The position numbers were made by a program, and so were the translations under genes. DNA of 64,000 nt from contig CM035357.1 of NCBI GenBank assembly GCA_020137815.1, positions 7,378,001 to 7,442,000 of the forward strand, written 5' to 3'. Numbering within the stretch: position 1 is the first letter of the stretch; each line of letters begins with the position of its first letter. The notes under the pieces are model-generated. The model saw nothing but the letters and a program-made list of their open reading frames with translations, was not told the DNA's origin and did not search any database. Shown here piece by piece: positions 28,467 to 40,878 of the stretch. The DNA is from Hormiphora californensis (lineage: Eukaryota > Animalia > Ctenophora).

Positions 28467-29543
28467 ACTTTATTTCTGAAGGTCAACGATGAGTACTCTC
28501 ATCATAGTAGAGAACACTCTACGCTCCTAACCCACCCAGCTTCCCAGGTTTTTCTTAACTAACTCCACAGCTTATTATGTCACAAGTAAAGAGCCTACGT
28601 CCTATATCTCCCCAATTGACCGGTAGTGTTTCACTGGACCCTTGGTAAGATTGTTCCTAATTGTTGCTAATATTGATTCTGCTGGTTATTAAAGCACATT
28701 TCAACAGATGTATCTCCATGTTCCCTATCCCCAGCAGTCCCAAGGGCTAAGGTCCACACCTCCCATACATACCCTACCGGACAAGGTCCCAGCACCCAGG
28801 AGCATAAATCGAAAAACAAACAAAAAACTGTAAAAGAAGGATAAAATTGTTATAGATGCGATGGAGCGCGTAAACCTCTGTAGGCAATATATAGTCTTAG
28901 GTACATAAACACCTGTAAAACCAAATATAACACTACAAAAAATCTATAAAACAAAAAAATCATTAAAAGATGTAAAACAAAACAAAAAATCATAAAACCC
29001 TGCAAGACCGCAAAACCAAATAAAAATGTTAAAAACAGTTAAAAACCCAGCAGATTATAAAAGATGATTTAAATTAATTCAGACATACCTTGCCAACCTG
29101 TTCAATGGAAATTCAAAGTACTAAAGTATTTGTCACTATGCCCCCATCTTTGGTTAGGCATTGTACAAGTGGCAGGCATCTTACGCCACCTTGCTCAGCT
29201 TGGCACCCCTTGTAATATACAACTAACCCACTCTCATCTCCTTGTCTGTCTTCTTTTTCCCCTATATCGGTCTTGCATCCCTTTCAAATCCTTTCCCAAT
29301 CCTAACGTGGTGCCTCGTGCCGACAGGATGTATGGTTACGGGTTAGAAGTAACCAATAACGAAGGCTACTACGGGGGCGTAATTCCCCCGGCTCTGGGTG
29401 AGCGGGGCAACGGCCAGAGCAGTTTTTCTCCCTAGCGTATTATCCAGGTGGACGCATGTCCACCGATTACTGATTAGAAATATCTATATGGTAGTTGGTG
29501 AATCGTTGAAACTCAATCTTATTGTTATTATATAATTGTTAAT

Positions 29544-32500
29544 ATGTCATCTTTATCCTCATCCCGTACTAAGTGGTCGGAGGCTGATAACATTTGTTTG
29601 TTATTTTGTCACCATAGAAGCCGACCAGGTACGGCTGGGGTCTGGAAAAGACTAGAACGGCTATGGGAGGATGCGGGCCATCCCCACAGAACTGGTAAAG
29701 CCCTAGCCGGACAAGTCCGATCCATCATGAATTCTTCAAAAATGATTTCCGATTCAAAAAAATTACAAATCCAGTCTATAGTCCAGTCGGAATTATCTAA
29801 TCCTTTGTCATCAGGTCCTCTACCCTTATCAATCCCTAGTGAGCACACAGACACTTTCACAGATCTCACTTCACCTAGTCCTGCCGCAGGGCTGTCAGCG
29901 GCCGTCACAAGTCCTACACAGTTAACCACCCCACAGCCCACTGTCACCTTCACCACTGATTTACCCCCAGACCCAACCCCACAATCACTTACACAGTCAC
30001 CCCCGCCCCCATCTTCACAGCCACACCCGCCCCCACCTTCACAGTCACCCCCACCTTCACAACCACCCCCACCTTCACAGTCACCCTCACAATCATCCCC
30101 ACCCCCACACGCACAGTCACCCCTATCTCCACCACAAGCTACACCTCCCCTGGCTCCATTGCCACAGACTACAGAGAGTACTACCCAATCAAATCGAATC
30201 ACATGGTCACACGACATGATCACACTTCTCATCCAGTTGCATTGGCAGTCTGAACCGAACAGGAGAGGTATATGGAATCGTGTGGCCTTAAAATGGAACA
30301 CCCATCCTGCTCACCACCCTACTCGCACCGCTTCACAGTTAAGTACTCAGTTTCGCTACACTACCCAGTCCGGGCGCTTATCTGCCCAAGTCCTCAACGA
30401 GATCCGGACTGCAATCGAACCAACGGTGCCAGTCAGCCCAGATGCAATTCACGACAATAACGTCAACCCCCACCCACCTCACACCCCACAAGCACCCGCC
30501 CGTCCTGTTCAGCAACCACATTCCCGCCACACTCGACCCCCCCGTGAGTACAACACCCAACTTACGGAAGCCCAGATTGTGTCTGTTAAAGAGAAACTAA
30601 TTGATCTCATGGATGATCCCTCATCGATCAAAGTCAAGGATCTAAGACACCGAAGGTGGAAGGACATACGGGACGAGATAGACCACATCACACCAGCCAT
30701 TGTACGCATCCCTACACCCACACTCACATCACTCAACACACTACTCCTAGCTGTTGCTCACACTGTCAGGGATAGAATTGGTGAACCTCCTCCGCGGGAT
30801 GCAGATTCAGATTCTCCTAATGCCAATACCAAGAAGGTTAAAGCTCCGTTGTGGAAACGCAGACTAGATCGGTCCGTCCTCCTACTGCGGGGAGATCTTT
30901 CCAGGTTAACGGAAATGTCACAAGGTAAACGGCTAAAGGAGTCTACCCAGTTGGAGCTTAACCGTCGGTATCCCCTACTTAAGTGTAAAGGTCTCCCTAC
31001 CACCATCGAAGAGGTCAAACAGCGTCTCTTGGCCAAATCTGCGAAGATAAGGAGATACAACAAAAAATCGCAGACATATCGGCAGAACCACCTCTTTGAG
31101 ACCCACCAGCGTAACTTTTATAGATCTTTAGGCAACCCTCCTGATCCAGCAACAACACAACTTGCTGCAGAGGCGGATCCGGAGGAGTACACCGGTTTCT
31201 GGGGAGGCATTTGGGGAAGCGAGATGGGGTACAACACTGAAGCCGATTGGCTACCCACAGTTGAAACAGAGATGAATACAGTGGTGCCCCAGCCCGATTT
31301 CTCAATTGCCCTGGAAACAGTTGCCGCCCGAGTCAAAGGGATGAGCAACTGGACCGCCCCCGGAATCGATGGCCTCCACGGATTCTGGCTCAAGCACGTT
31401 TGTTGTCTTCATAGCCGGTTGGCTACTCTCATTTCAGAGAGTCTTCTTACTGGTAATATACCTAGCTGGATGACCGAAGGAAGGACCTTCTTACTTATGA
31501 AGGATCCTGGTAAGGGATTCCATGATCCGAGCAACTTCAGGCCTATTACATGCTTACCTAACATCTGGAAGCTTACCACAGGCATCCTTGCAGACCAGAT
31601 TTATTCGCACCTAGACGCTAACGGGCTCTTCCCGGAGGAACAAAAAGGATGCAAACGGAACAGCCGGGGATGCAAAGAGCAGCTCCTTATTGATAAATTG
31701 ATCCTTAGGCAAGCTAAGAGACTTAAGCGATCTGTTCACATGTCCTTTATCGATTACAAAAAGGCCTACGACTCGGTCCCTCACTCTTGGATCTTAGATT
31801 CTATGTCACTATGCAAGATACACCCGTCCATTATTTCTTTCTTTAGAACTTCCTTTTCCCAGTGTTCCGTAAATCTTTTCCTTAGCGGCAGAGACCTAGG
31901 TAAGGTCCCCATCAAGCGTGGTCTGTTCCAGGGTGATTCAGTCTCCCCCATACACTTTATTATTGCCCTTATCCCCCTATCTTATCTTCTGAGCCGCTCT
32001 GACTCTGGTTTTAAAGTTCTCTTACCATCGGGCGATGAAACCAATATCAATCACCGCCTATATATGGACGACCTGAAACTATATGGCCGCAGTGCTGCTG
32101 AGCTTAGCTCACTCCTAGAGGTCACTGCTAAATTTAGCAGAGACATCAACATGGAGTTTGGACTGAGTAAATGTGGTACTGTGCATGTGGTGAATGGCCA
32201 GAGAGTAATACTGGACGGCATATCCCTTCCGGATGGTTCTGCCCTCCCTGAAGTCGAGGAAGGGGGTTATAGGTATTTAGGTATTTTAGAAACTGATATT
32301 ATCCTTAATAAGCGTATGAAAGAGATTACTTCCACGGAATATTTTCGCCGTATTAAACTGCTCCTTAAATCCTCTCTTACTAGCAGAAATCTTATTACTG
32401 CTATAAATAGTTGGGCGGTCCCAGTTATCAGATACGGTGCAGGTATTCTGTCCTGGACAGTAACGGAGACTAAGGGTCTTGATACACAGACACGTAAACT

Positions 32501-33537
32501 ACTTCGCAAATCGGGTGCCATCCACAGCCAATATAGCGATGTGGATCGTCTTTACGTCAGCCGGAAAAGGGGAGGTAGGGGTCTCCAACGCATGGAAGAT
32601 GTTATCGTTAGAGAAGAGGTAGCGTTGACTTCATTTTTCAATGACTCTAACGATTCTAAACTTCAGAGCCTCTTCTCTGCGATGAACGTCGAAGGTATGC
32701 TTCTTAGGGATCCAGAGGACGGAGAGGTACTTAAATTGCAACACGAGAACCGGTTGATCGATATGTGGAAGGCTAAACCGGTTCATGGCAGGTTCCTGCA
32801 ACAGTTAGAGGAGGGCGGGTGTTCTCTGAATGAAACTTGGTCCTGGCTCCTTAAACAGAGCATGCCAAAGAATACAGAAGCAGTCATATTTGCTGCTCAG
32901 GACCAGGCTCTACCAACTAATTGGTTACGAGCAATCATTCAGAGAGCGGCTGATACTTCTCCGCTGTGCAGAATCTTGTCGTGAACACAATGAATCGGTG
33001 GAGCACATACTTAGCAATTGCCAAAAGCTAGCTAACTCTGAATATAAACAACGGCATGATCGAGTTGCGGCTGCGATACATTGGGGTATGTGTATCGATT
33101 CTGGGTTCGAGACTACCACTCCTTGGTTTCTTCATTATGCAGAAAAGGTACTAGAGAATGAACGCTATAAGATCTTATGGGACTTCCTTATCCAATGTGA
33201 CAGAACTATACAGGCCTGTAAACCTGATTTGGTGCTTGTTGACAAACGGAAGAAGGAAGCGATTATCGTGGATGTGGCTGTGCCAAAAGAACGGCTTGTT
33301 GCAGATCGAGAAATCGAAAAGGTTCAGAAGTACCAGGAGCTCCGGAGAGAAATCCAGAGCATCTGGGGGTTATCTAAGGTAACGGTCGTGCCTATAGTAA
33401 TAGGCACGCTCGGCGGTGTAACGGATAAACTCCCAGAGTATCTATCCCGGTTGACCAAACGCATCTCGTCTTCCCAGTTGCAGAAAACTGTCCTATTCGC
33501 ATCCTCTAATATTCTGAGGAATTTCCTTGACATGTAA
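29544..33537 (+). CDS. R4/Dong retrotransposon protein: 2 Myb-like domains, Pro-rich linker, RT, CCHC zinc knuckle, RLE nuclease; one +1 frameshift near 32976
   Basis: RT motifs NWTAPGIDG, NFRPITCL, EEQKGC, FIDYKKAYDSVPH, RGLFQGDSVSP, LYMDDLKLYG, YRYLGI, RLYVSRKRGGRGL. Removing one T at 32976-32977 gives CRICREHNESVEHILSNC, then RHD, KILWDF, KPDLVLVDK, DVAVP, EKVQKY (~1330 aa). Confidence 0.92.
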
Positions 33538-33550
33538 AATTGTTATTTTG

Positions 33551-34360
33551 TAGTCTAAGTTAAGTTTTGGGCACAGAGGATTGTAATAACTATTTCCCTG
33601 TCCGCTTTCAGTTCCACTTTTCTTAGTGACGTCAATCCTCTGCGCCCATATGTTTTAATTTTTCCGGAGCCCAAGAGAGTGGTTTAGGCAGGTAGCTTCT
33701 CGCTCGCTCCCCTTTCGTTCTCTAAACCTGTCGTTCCCTTCTTGGGCTCCTCTCTAGCTCTAGACTTCTTTATGTTTATATTGTGTCAACCGACTTCAGT
33801 GGTATTTGGGGCCTATATCGTTATGTCCATCTAGTGGCTGTGGGTAGTTTAAGTTAAGCTTTGGGCACAGTGGGTTGTAATAACTATGCCCCCTTTCCGC
33901 TTTCAGTTCCACTTCCCTAGTGACGTCAATCCCCTGTGCCCACTTGTATTTGTTTCCGGAGCCCAAGAAAGCGGTTTAGGCAGGTAGCTACTCGCTTCCC
34001 TTTCTTTCTCTAAACCTGCCGTTCCCTTCCTGGGCTCCACCCTAGCGTTAGACTTCTTTATGTTTCGATGTTATCTGACCATTGTTGGTATTACTATAGC
34101 GGCTGTGAGTAGTTTAAGGTAGGATTTGGGCACAGTGGGTTGTAATATCTATCTCCCTGTTCACTTTTAGCTCACTTTCTCATAGTAACGTCAACCCCCT
34201 GTGCCCACATGTTTACTTTACGGGGCACAAGAGAGTGGTTTAGGCAGGTCGTCTCCTCTCCGCTCCTCTGTCCCTTGGGTACGGGTGCAGAACTCGGACC
34301 CTTTCTCTCCTAAGCCTGCTGTTCCCCTCTTGTGCCCCTCCCTAGATGTAGAGTTTTCAT
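33551..34360 (+). repeat. Three tandem ~265-295-bp structured repeats in the retrotransposon 3' UTR
   Basis: Units start at 33551, 33845 and 34110. Each has hairpin A (TGGGCACAG...CTGYGCCCA) and hairpin B (GGRGCMCAAG...CYTGKGCYCC). Confidence 0.88.
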
Positions 34361-34597
34361 TTTGTGTGTCCCTATGTTTATTAAATATTTTATGTACTCA
34401 TTATGGCGGGGTAACATCCTTTTTAATCGAGTTCATTATCATTCTGCTACCCTTATATCTCCCCGCCCTTCTGGGTTCCGTTGTTATCTTTATTCAGGTA
34501 CCCCCTTTTTCCTTAGGTGTGACAATGCATCCGGAATTAGGGGATCTTACCTGTCCGAGGCGGGCTCACGCCCGCCGTCGGATAGTGCGTGTATTCG

Positions 34598-34641
<44 letters not shown>

Positions 34642-35177
34642 GAATTGTTAGGCCACCAGGTAGACTTGATTCTTACTAACTGCATAGCTCCAGCATCGTT
34701 TTTGCGAGACTTTTAGAAATGTTGACTTTAGTTTCCTATCTCTGTCTCGCTCTCTCTCTATCTGTCTCGCTCTCTCTCTACCCTCGACACCACTACTGAT
34801 AATAACTACGCGAATTTCATGGACATTTTCCCTGAGAAAGTTTCTTTACTAACTGACTCCCATGCAGCTTGAAAGGAAATAATTGCTGGGATCTTGGTTG
34901 CTATCAATAGAGTTGCTACGTTAGTACGTTTTGCAGGATCCAAAAGGGCTTGCATGTGTCCTAAATTTATTTCAATTCATAATGTTATTGAGGAAAAAGT
35001 ATAATACATCGCTCGTTATACAGCTCCTAGAGAGGTAGCCTGAGGTGTCTCATCGTGTGTTATGTGCTAAGAGTCCGGCTGCTGTTGGGAGTCATACTGT
35101 AGAACTTGAAGAGAGAAATGAAAGATGGGCAGGTAGATATATCTATTAATTAGAAAATCTGAACTTCAACTCTGCAA

Positions 35178-35243
<66 letters not shown>

Positions 35244-35339
35244 TAGTGCACAGGAGCGTCTGAACGTCATATCATATGCCAATACTCGAATATTAGCTGG
35301 ATATATCGTATGCACTGCCGAGAGTAGAGAAAGAGAGGA

Positions 35340-35512
35340 CATCGAGAAGGGAGAGAGAACACTAAACAGAGGAGGGAGAAAGAGAACAGAGGAGGGAGAA
35401 AGAGAACAGAGGAGGGAGAAAGAGAACAGAGAAGGGAGAACAGAGAAGGGAGGAGGGAGAACAGAGAAGGGAGGACAGAGAAGGAATTGAGAGAGAACAG
35501 AGAAGGGAGAGA
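35340..35512. repeat. Degenerate ~20-bp purine-rich tandem repeat (AACAGAGGAGGGAGAAAGAG)
   Basis: Seen directly in the sequence. Confidence 0.7.
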
Positions 35513-35707
35513 ATTGAGATCAAATGGGTCGCCCACCGGGTGGAAATGTTATCCTAATACTGTCATTAGAAAAGGATAGCATGTGAATGAACTGATCAAG
35601 AAAGGTGCTTGTTGGGGGCTGGGAGGAATAAGTTGGGGGGTTGGTTGTTGGTCCGGTTCGAAGAGTGCAGTATGGAGAGTAAAGGAGACAAAGGGAAGGG
35701 GTAGGAC

Positions 35708-35834
35708 TTCCGTTGTTATCTTATCGGTGTACCCCCCTTTTCCGTATGTGGTGACAATGCATCCCGGATTTAGGGGATCTTAACATGTCCGCAGGCGGTC
35801 TCACGCCCGCCGTCGATAGTGCGTGTATTCGATT
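35708..35834 (+). mobile_element. Second, 5'-truncated copy of the R4/Dong element 3' end, again followed by GA repeats
   Basis: TTCCGTTGTTATCTT...GTGACAATGCATCC...CACGCCCGCCGTCG.ATAGTGCGTGTATTCGATT|GAGAGA matches 34476-34600 with several small indels. Confidence 0.7.
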
Positions 35835-36849
35835 GAGAGATAGGAGAGAGAGAAGAGAGATAGGAGCGAGAGAGCGAGAGAGAAGAGAGAGAGAGAGAGA
35901 GGATAGATACTATATAAGTATCTAGCGAGACGTGAGCTCTAATCGCGCTCGTATCATCTATATAAGAGAGAGACTTGTGCTAGCCGAGCTCGCTCGCTAG
36001 CTCTCCTTCTCTCTATCTAAGGCTCGCGGTGTGGTCCATCTCTCTCTCTCTCTCTATCGAAGATAACATTGACGTGTAATTGCTACAATTATGCTTAAAA
36101 TATGTGACACAGAGACCTCCTTCTTATACTTTGCTCAATAGGTTTTTACCTTATTTCTCGCACTTCTATTGTCGCGTTCCTCACGCTCCTTTTCCTCTAC
36201 TTTTTTTCCTCTCCGGTCCCCTTTTTTCCTTTCTACCACCTCCTCTATCGCCTGTGGTGGTCATCTTGTCCCTTGACCTCATTAAAAAAATTGAATTCTT
36301 CCTGATATTAACAAGATCTTCATTCTTTTTATTTTGAACAACATTTAGAACTTTTTCTCACAAACCATATAAATAACTCGTTCAATATCATCGGTCCCTG
36401 GCTCCACCAACGCATACACAAAAAAAAAAAAAAAAATTGCGTAGAGGTTGTGATCTTCAAAAATTACGGTGGCAACCCAAAAACGCTCTTTACTCATAAT
36501 AATTCTTACTAAAATGAAGCTAAAACAATTAGACACAACACGACTTAAGTAAAAGTTATTAGACGCTCTCTCCCTCGGCCGGTTGCTTTCCCCCTCACTC
36601 AGCCGCCCCCCCCCCCTCTAGGTTTCACCAATCCCCTGGATCCATCTCTCTCCCCCCCTCCCCTACCACCCCCCCCCGCGCCCCCCCCCACCCCTCCTCC
36701 CAACCACCCCTCCTCCCCAGCCCCCCCCCTCCCACACCCCCCCCCCCTCCTCGACCCCTGTTTCCTCCTTTCCTCGAACCAACGACATAAAACTGTCAAG
36801 TAAAAGAGCAGCCACCAGTAGGAGTAGACATACAGTTAGGGACCTAGTC

Positions 36850-38861
36850 ATAATAGATAAATTAGAATACAAGTCCAGATACAGAGTGTTTATAGTAGGC
36901 CATCTTGCTCAAGCACCCCCACACTGCTTTATAAATGTATAGGGGGCTGCTACTAGGAGATGGAGGGGAAGAAAGGTGAATCCACGCCGATGACCGCTCT
37001 GGAAGAGGCACAGATACGCGAAAACCAGCGGTTACGTGGAAGGGCTAGTGAGAGATATAGCATTAAACAAGTGAACCTTGAGCCGATGACCATGTGGAAA
37101 ATGGGTGACTGTCTGATCGATAAGAAGAGATTTCCAATAGGAAGAAGAACGATAGCAATAGCTATTCCGGAAAACCACAGCACTAGAAGTTTGACAGTAC
37201 AGCATAAGTAGTAGTCTGTTTCAATTGAATATCCCGATTGGATCTAGTAGTGTAGGAACATCGTCGAGAGCCTTGATATACAGGTAATTTGGAAGTATCA
37301 CAGGTACTAACCATCATAACCTTATACATAAGTTTCATGTCATTGTACTTGAATGAAGATTAATGTTAGGATATTAAGTGTGATCAGGTGACTAGGATAG
37401 ATCTGGAATTACCTCAGCAGTGAGGGTGTGAGACACCGAGTAACCACGTGATAGACCTCTTCTGTGCAGCTTCCAGTGAATCGAAGCAACCCAACAGAGT
37501 GGGGAGCCCAAACTGGAGAGCAGTGGCGCAAGAAGAGATCGAACCAAGTAAGAACAGAGTTCCGGCGTTTGATTGAGGTTTGCCAACAAGTGGGTTGTTC
37601 TACACTATGTTGAATCTGTCATGAAGCGTTCAAGAATGTTCTCAGTATTCAGTCCAATGAAAGTTTGGGTTTATTGACCAAGTACCCCAGATCTCTCTGA
37701 ACAGTGACATTTATCCAAGACAGTATCACCTAGACCTAGGAATTGTAGGAAACAGGGGAGCTCGCCCCATGATCCTCACCACCTTGATGAAACGGGTAGA
37801 AACAACTTTTAACTTACTAGGATGAAACTTCATCTTGTTTATGACTGGACCAGCTGTGAAGATTTACCAAATCCTGCATGTCCAAGTGATCCTGCATACT
37901 ATCGATCTTAGCCTCAGAGTTCCGATCAGCACTACAAGGCTATCTTACACTCACCATGCACACCACTCATGATGTCAATTAATGAATAGTACAAATAAAA
38001 AGGGGGCCTAGGAACTACGTTGTGGGACACCGGATATACCCCTGCGACTAGAGAGAATCTTTCCCCCAATAACCACTTGTTGATTGCGATCACAGAGATA
38101 ATTACGAATAAAGGAAAGCATATTGCCATCTATATTAAATCTATTTTTAAGTTTATGCAGAATTAAATCATGATTAACGGAATCAAAAGCTTTACTAAAA
38201 TCAAAATAAATAAGGTCAGAGGTACGTTTGTCATTGTCGGTCAGAACTAGGTCGTCAAACACAGAAACAAGCTGGGTCAGACAAGACCTCCCCGGCAAGA
38301 ATCCGTGTTGTCTACTGTCAATTTTGTCGTAACAATGTTCTAATAGTCGCTGTGTAACAATTCTCTCGTAAACTTTACTCGCAATGCAGGTCAGAGAGAT
38401 AGGGCGGTAGTTCCGGACATCCCTCTTGTCTCCAGACTTGTGAACAGGAACAACATTGGCAGACTTCCAGATAGACGGAAGTCCGCCGCCGCCGTACGCC
38501 TGCTCAAAGAGCAGAGACAAGGGATAAGCCAGAGCTCCCGCACATCTCTTGAAAATAATACTATGTAGGTTGTCGGGACCAGGACCCTTGCGAGCATTGA
38601 GTTTAGATAAGACGTTGTACACAGAGCTAGCCGAGAAGTCACAAAGAATGGAGGGGTCATTGCTGTTAACATCAATATCATAGCTACTCGATTCAGAAAA
38701 ATTGGAGGCAAATTGCTTATTGAAAAGGTTGGCTTGGTCCTCCAAATCAGACCTAAACACCTCACCATCATTGACAATGAGTGGTATTCTGGTAGACTTG
38801 GAGGTAACTTTAACCTGTCTCCAAAATTTCCTACTAACGGTGTCACAATCCTCGATGTCAC
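36850..38861 (-). mobile_element. 5'-truncated, frameshifted CR1/L2-group LINE (RT fragment)
   Basis: ORF 38008-38760(-): KGPGPDNL, WKSANVVPVHKSGD, NYRPISLT, QHGFLPGRSCLTQL, YFDFSKAFDSVNH, SGVPQ. The remaining RT is broken by indels. The 3' boundary is approximate. Confidence 0.85.
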
Positions 38862-39640
38862 AGTATAGTCTCTCTCTCTCTCCTCTCTCCTTCTCTCTCT
38901 CTCTCTCTCTGCCTCTCTCTCTCTGTCTCTCTCCTCTCTCTCTCTCTCCCTCCTCTTCTCTCTCCTCTCTCTCCTCGGTCTCTCCTCTCCATATCCCTCT
39001 CTGCTCTCTCTTTACACCAATTACGCCCGAATATTATGCCGCGAAATACACACAGCCAGAACAATAATTACACTGTTAATCCAGGAATTTTCCAAGCCCC
39101 TTCGTCATACCCAACGTTATAATTGCTATTCTAATCACACAAATGCCAATGCCATATAGCCAATAATAAATTATGTAAGGTATAAGGGACTAGGGTTAAC
39201 TCCATTCCTAAAAAGTTTCGCCCAGCCCCATGGTTTTTTAGAGATGGACCATTTATTTCTAAACTTTTTTTGAACAAAGCCTCTCCTCTGTCAGTTCATT
39301 TCACTCAATGGTCCGGCGTTAGTGAGGTCATGCTCTCCCTTTTGTTCTGGTCTCGGCTGTCAGTTGATTAATTTCAAGCAAGAAAAGACATGAAAGAGAG
39401 TGAGATGATAGAGAGAAGAAGAGAGAGAGGAGTAGAGAGAGAGAGCAGAGAGAGAGAGAGATACTGTGAGAGAGAGAGTAGAGGGGATAAACCACCATGG
39501 GGCCAGATCTAGTGAATGGACCGGAACAAAGCGCATATATTACAGCCACAGGTCCAATTTCCCAAACGGTAACAACCTCCAAAATGCGATCAACTCTAGT
39601 ACTCCATGTCGTTATTTTATTCTCCCTTCTCCCCCCCCCC

Positions 39641-39685
<45 letters not shown>

Positions 39686-39759
39686 CTCTCGTCTCTCTCC
39701 TCTCCTCCCCCTCACTCTCCCATCTCCTCTCTCTCTCTCTTTCTCATCTTTCCTCTCTT

Positions 39760-39791
<32 letters not shown>

Positions 39792-40844
39792 TTTGCTCTC
39801 TCTTTCTCCTCTCTCCTCGGGGGGGGGGGGGCTCTCTCCTCGTCTCTCTCTTCCGATCTCTCTCTCACGCTCTCTCTCGGCTCTCTCTCTCTCTCTCTCT
39901 CTCCCCTTGGTCCACTTCTCCCTCGAATGTCCTTCACAGGCTCTGCCCCTCCTCGTCTCGCGCTTCTTCGCCAATCTCTCTCAATGAGCTCCTACGTCTC
40001 TCCTCCTCTCTGCTCTCTCGCCTCTCCCCGCCTCGTCTCGTCTCTCTCGGTCGGTTCACTCTCTTCCTGTCTCTCTCTCTCTCTCTTACCCCTGGGCTCT
40101 GTCGCCCACTCTTCATACAGGGCCGTATATCCACGCCCTCTTCTACAACAGACATGATCTCACTGCAGTACCATTACATGGTCAGCCCCCCCTTGCCCCC
40201 CTTAACCCCCTCAAAAACAACGCTGCTTTCTCTCTTTGAAAATTTTCTATTTCTAGCACCAATAGTGAAAGATCCCATCCCAACACTGTCTTTGTATTTC
40301 TTCTCTCACAAACAACTTTTCTCCAGAGATCGATCTTCCGCTTTCATTTGAGAGAGGTGTAATAGTGCTGCAAGAATACCAATCACTTTGGGTGATGCAT
40401 CTCTCGCTCCGGTCCTCCCCCCGCTCTCTCTCTCTCTTCTTTCTCCCTCCTCCTCTCTCTACTCTCCTCTCTCTCTCGTCTCTCTCTCTCTCTCTCTCTC
40501 TTCTCTCTATCTATCTCTCTCTCTCTATCTCTCTCTATCTCTCCCTCTCCCGTCTCACAAATGATAACATCCTCTTCCGCGATCTTACACCAGACTGTAC
40601 GTCCATTCAATGCGATCTTGCTATTATACCCCGGAGGGAAAGAACCGGAGAAATCAAAAATAAAGGAGATTTAATACGAAACTTTTTTGCACCCTGTAAC
40701 ACTTTTCTCTCCCCATTTTGATTTTCTCACGCACATACACAGATGAGCGTCGCTTCTGCTGCAGTGACACCCTGCTAATAGCTTGGACTCACAACGCAAT
40801 ATATGCCTGGAAGGAAACGTAAAAAGTGGAGAATGAGTGAGAGA

Positions 40845-40878
<34 letters not shown>

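Larger units (their letters stand above)
28359..34600 (+). mobile_element. Near full-length R4/Dong-clade non-LTR retrotransposon (RT + restriction-like endonuclease) inserted in a (GA)n microsatellite
   Basis: Flanked by pure (GA)n at 28289-28360 and 34601-34636. Contains ORF 29544-32984 and frameshifted ORF 32830-33537, a ~1.2-kb 5' UTR and a ~1.06-kb 3' UTR ending in a GC-rich stem-loop and GTATTCGATT. Confidence 0.9.

Noticed and set aside
29270-29377. Second possible HDV-like fold (P3 GGT/GCC, L3 GCCTCGT, P4 GGTTAC/GTAACC, CGAA)
   Set aside because: P2 cannot be formed convincingly and a simple long hairpin explains the same bases better; reported only as a structured UTR.
29609-30301. 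230-aa Gly/Cys-rich antisense ORF
   Set aside because: It is the reverse complement of the Pro-rich linker of the retrotransposon ORF.
33551-34360. 3' UTR repeats as H/ACA snoRNAs or a CRISPR-like array
   Set aside because: No ACA box at the expected position on either strand; the units are long paralogous repeats without unique spacers, and there are no cas genes.
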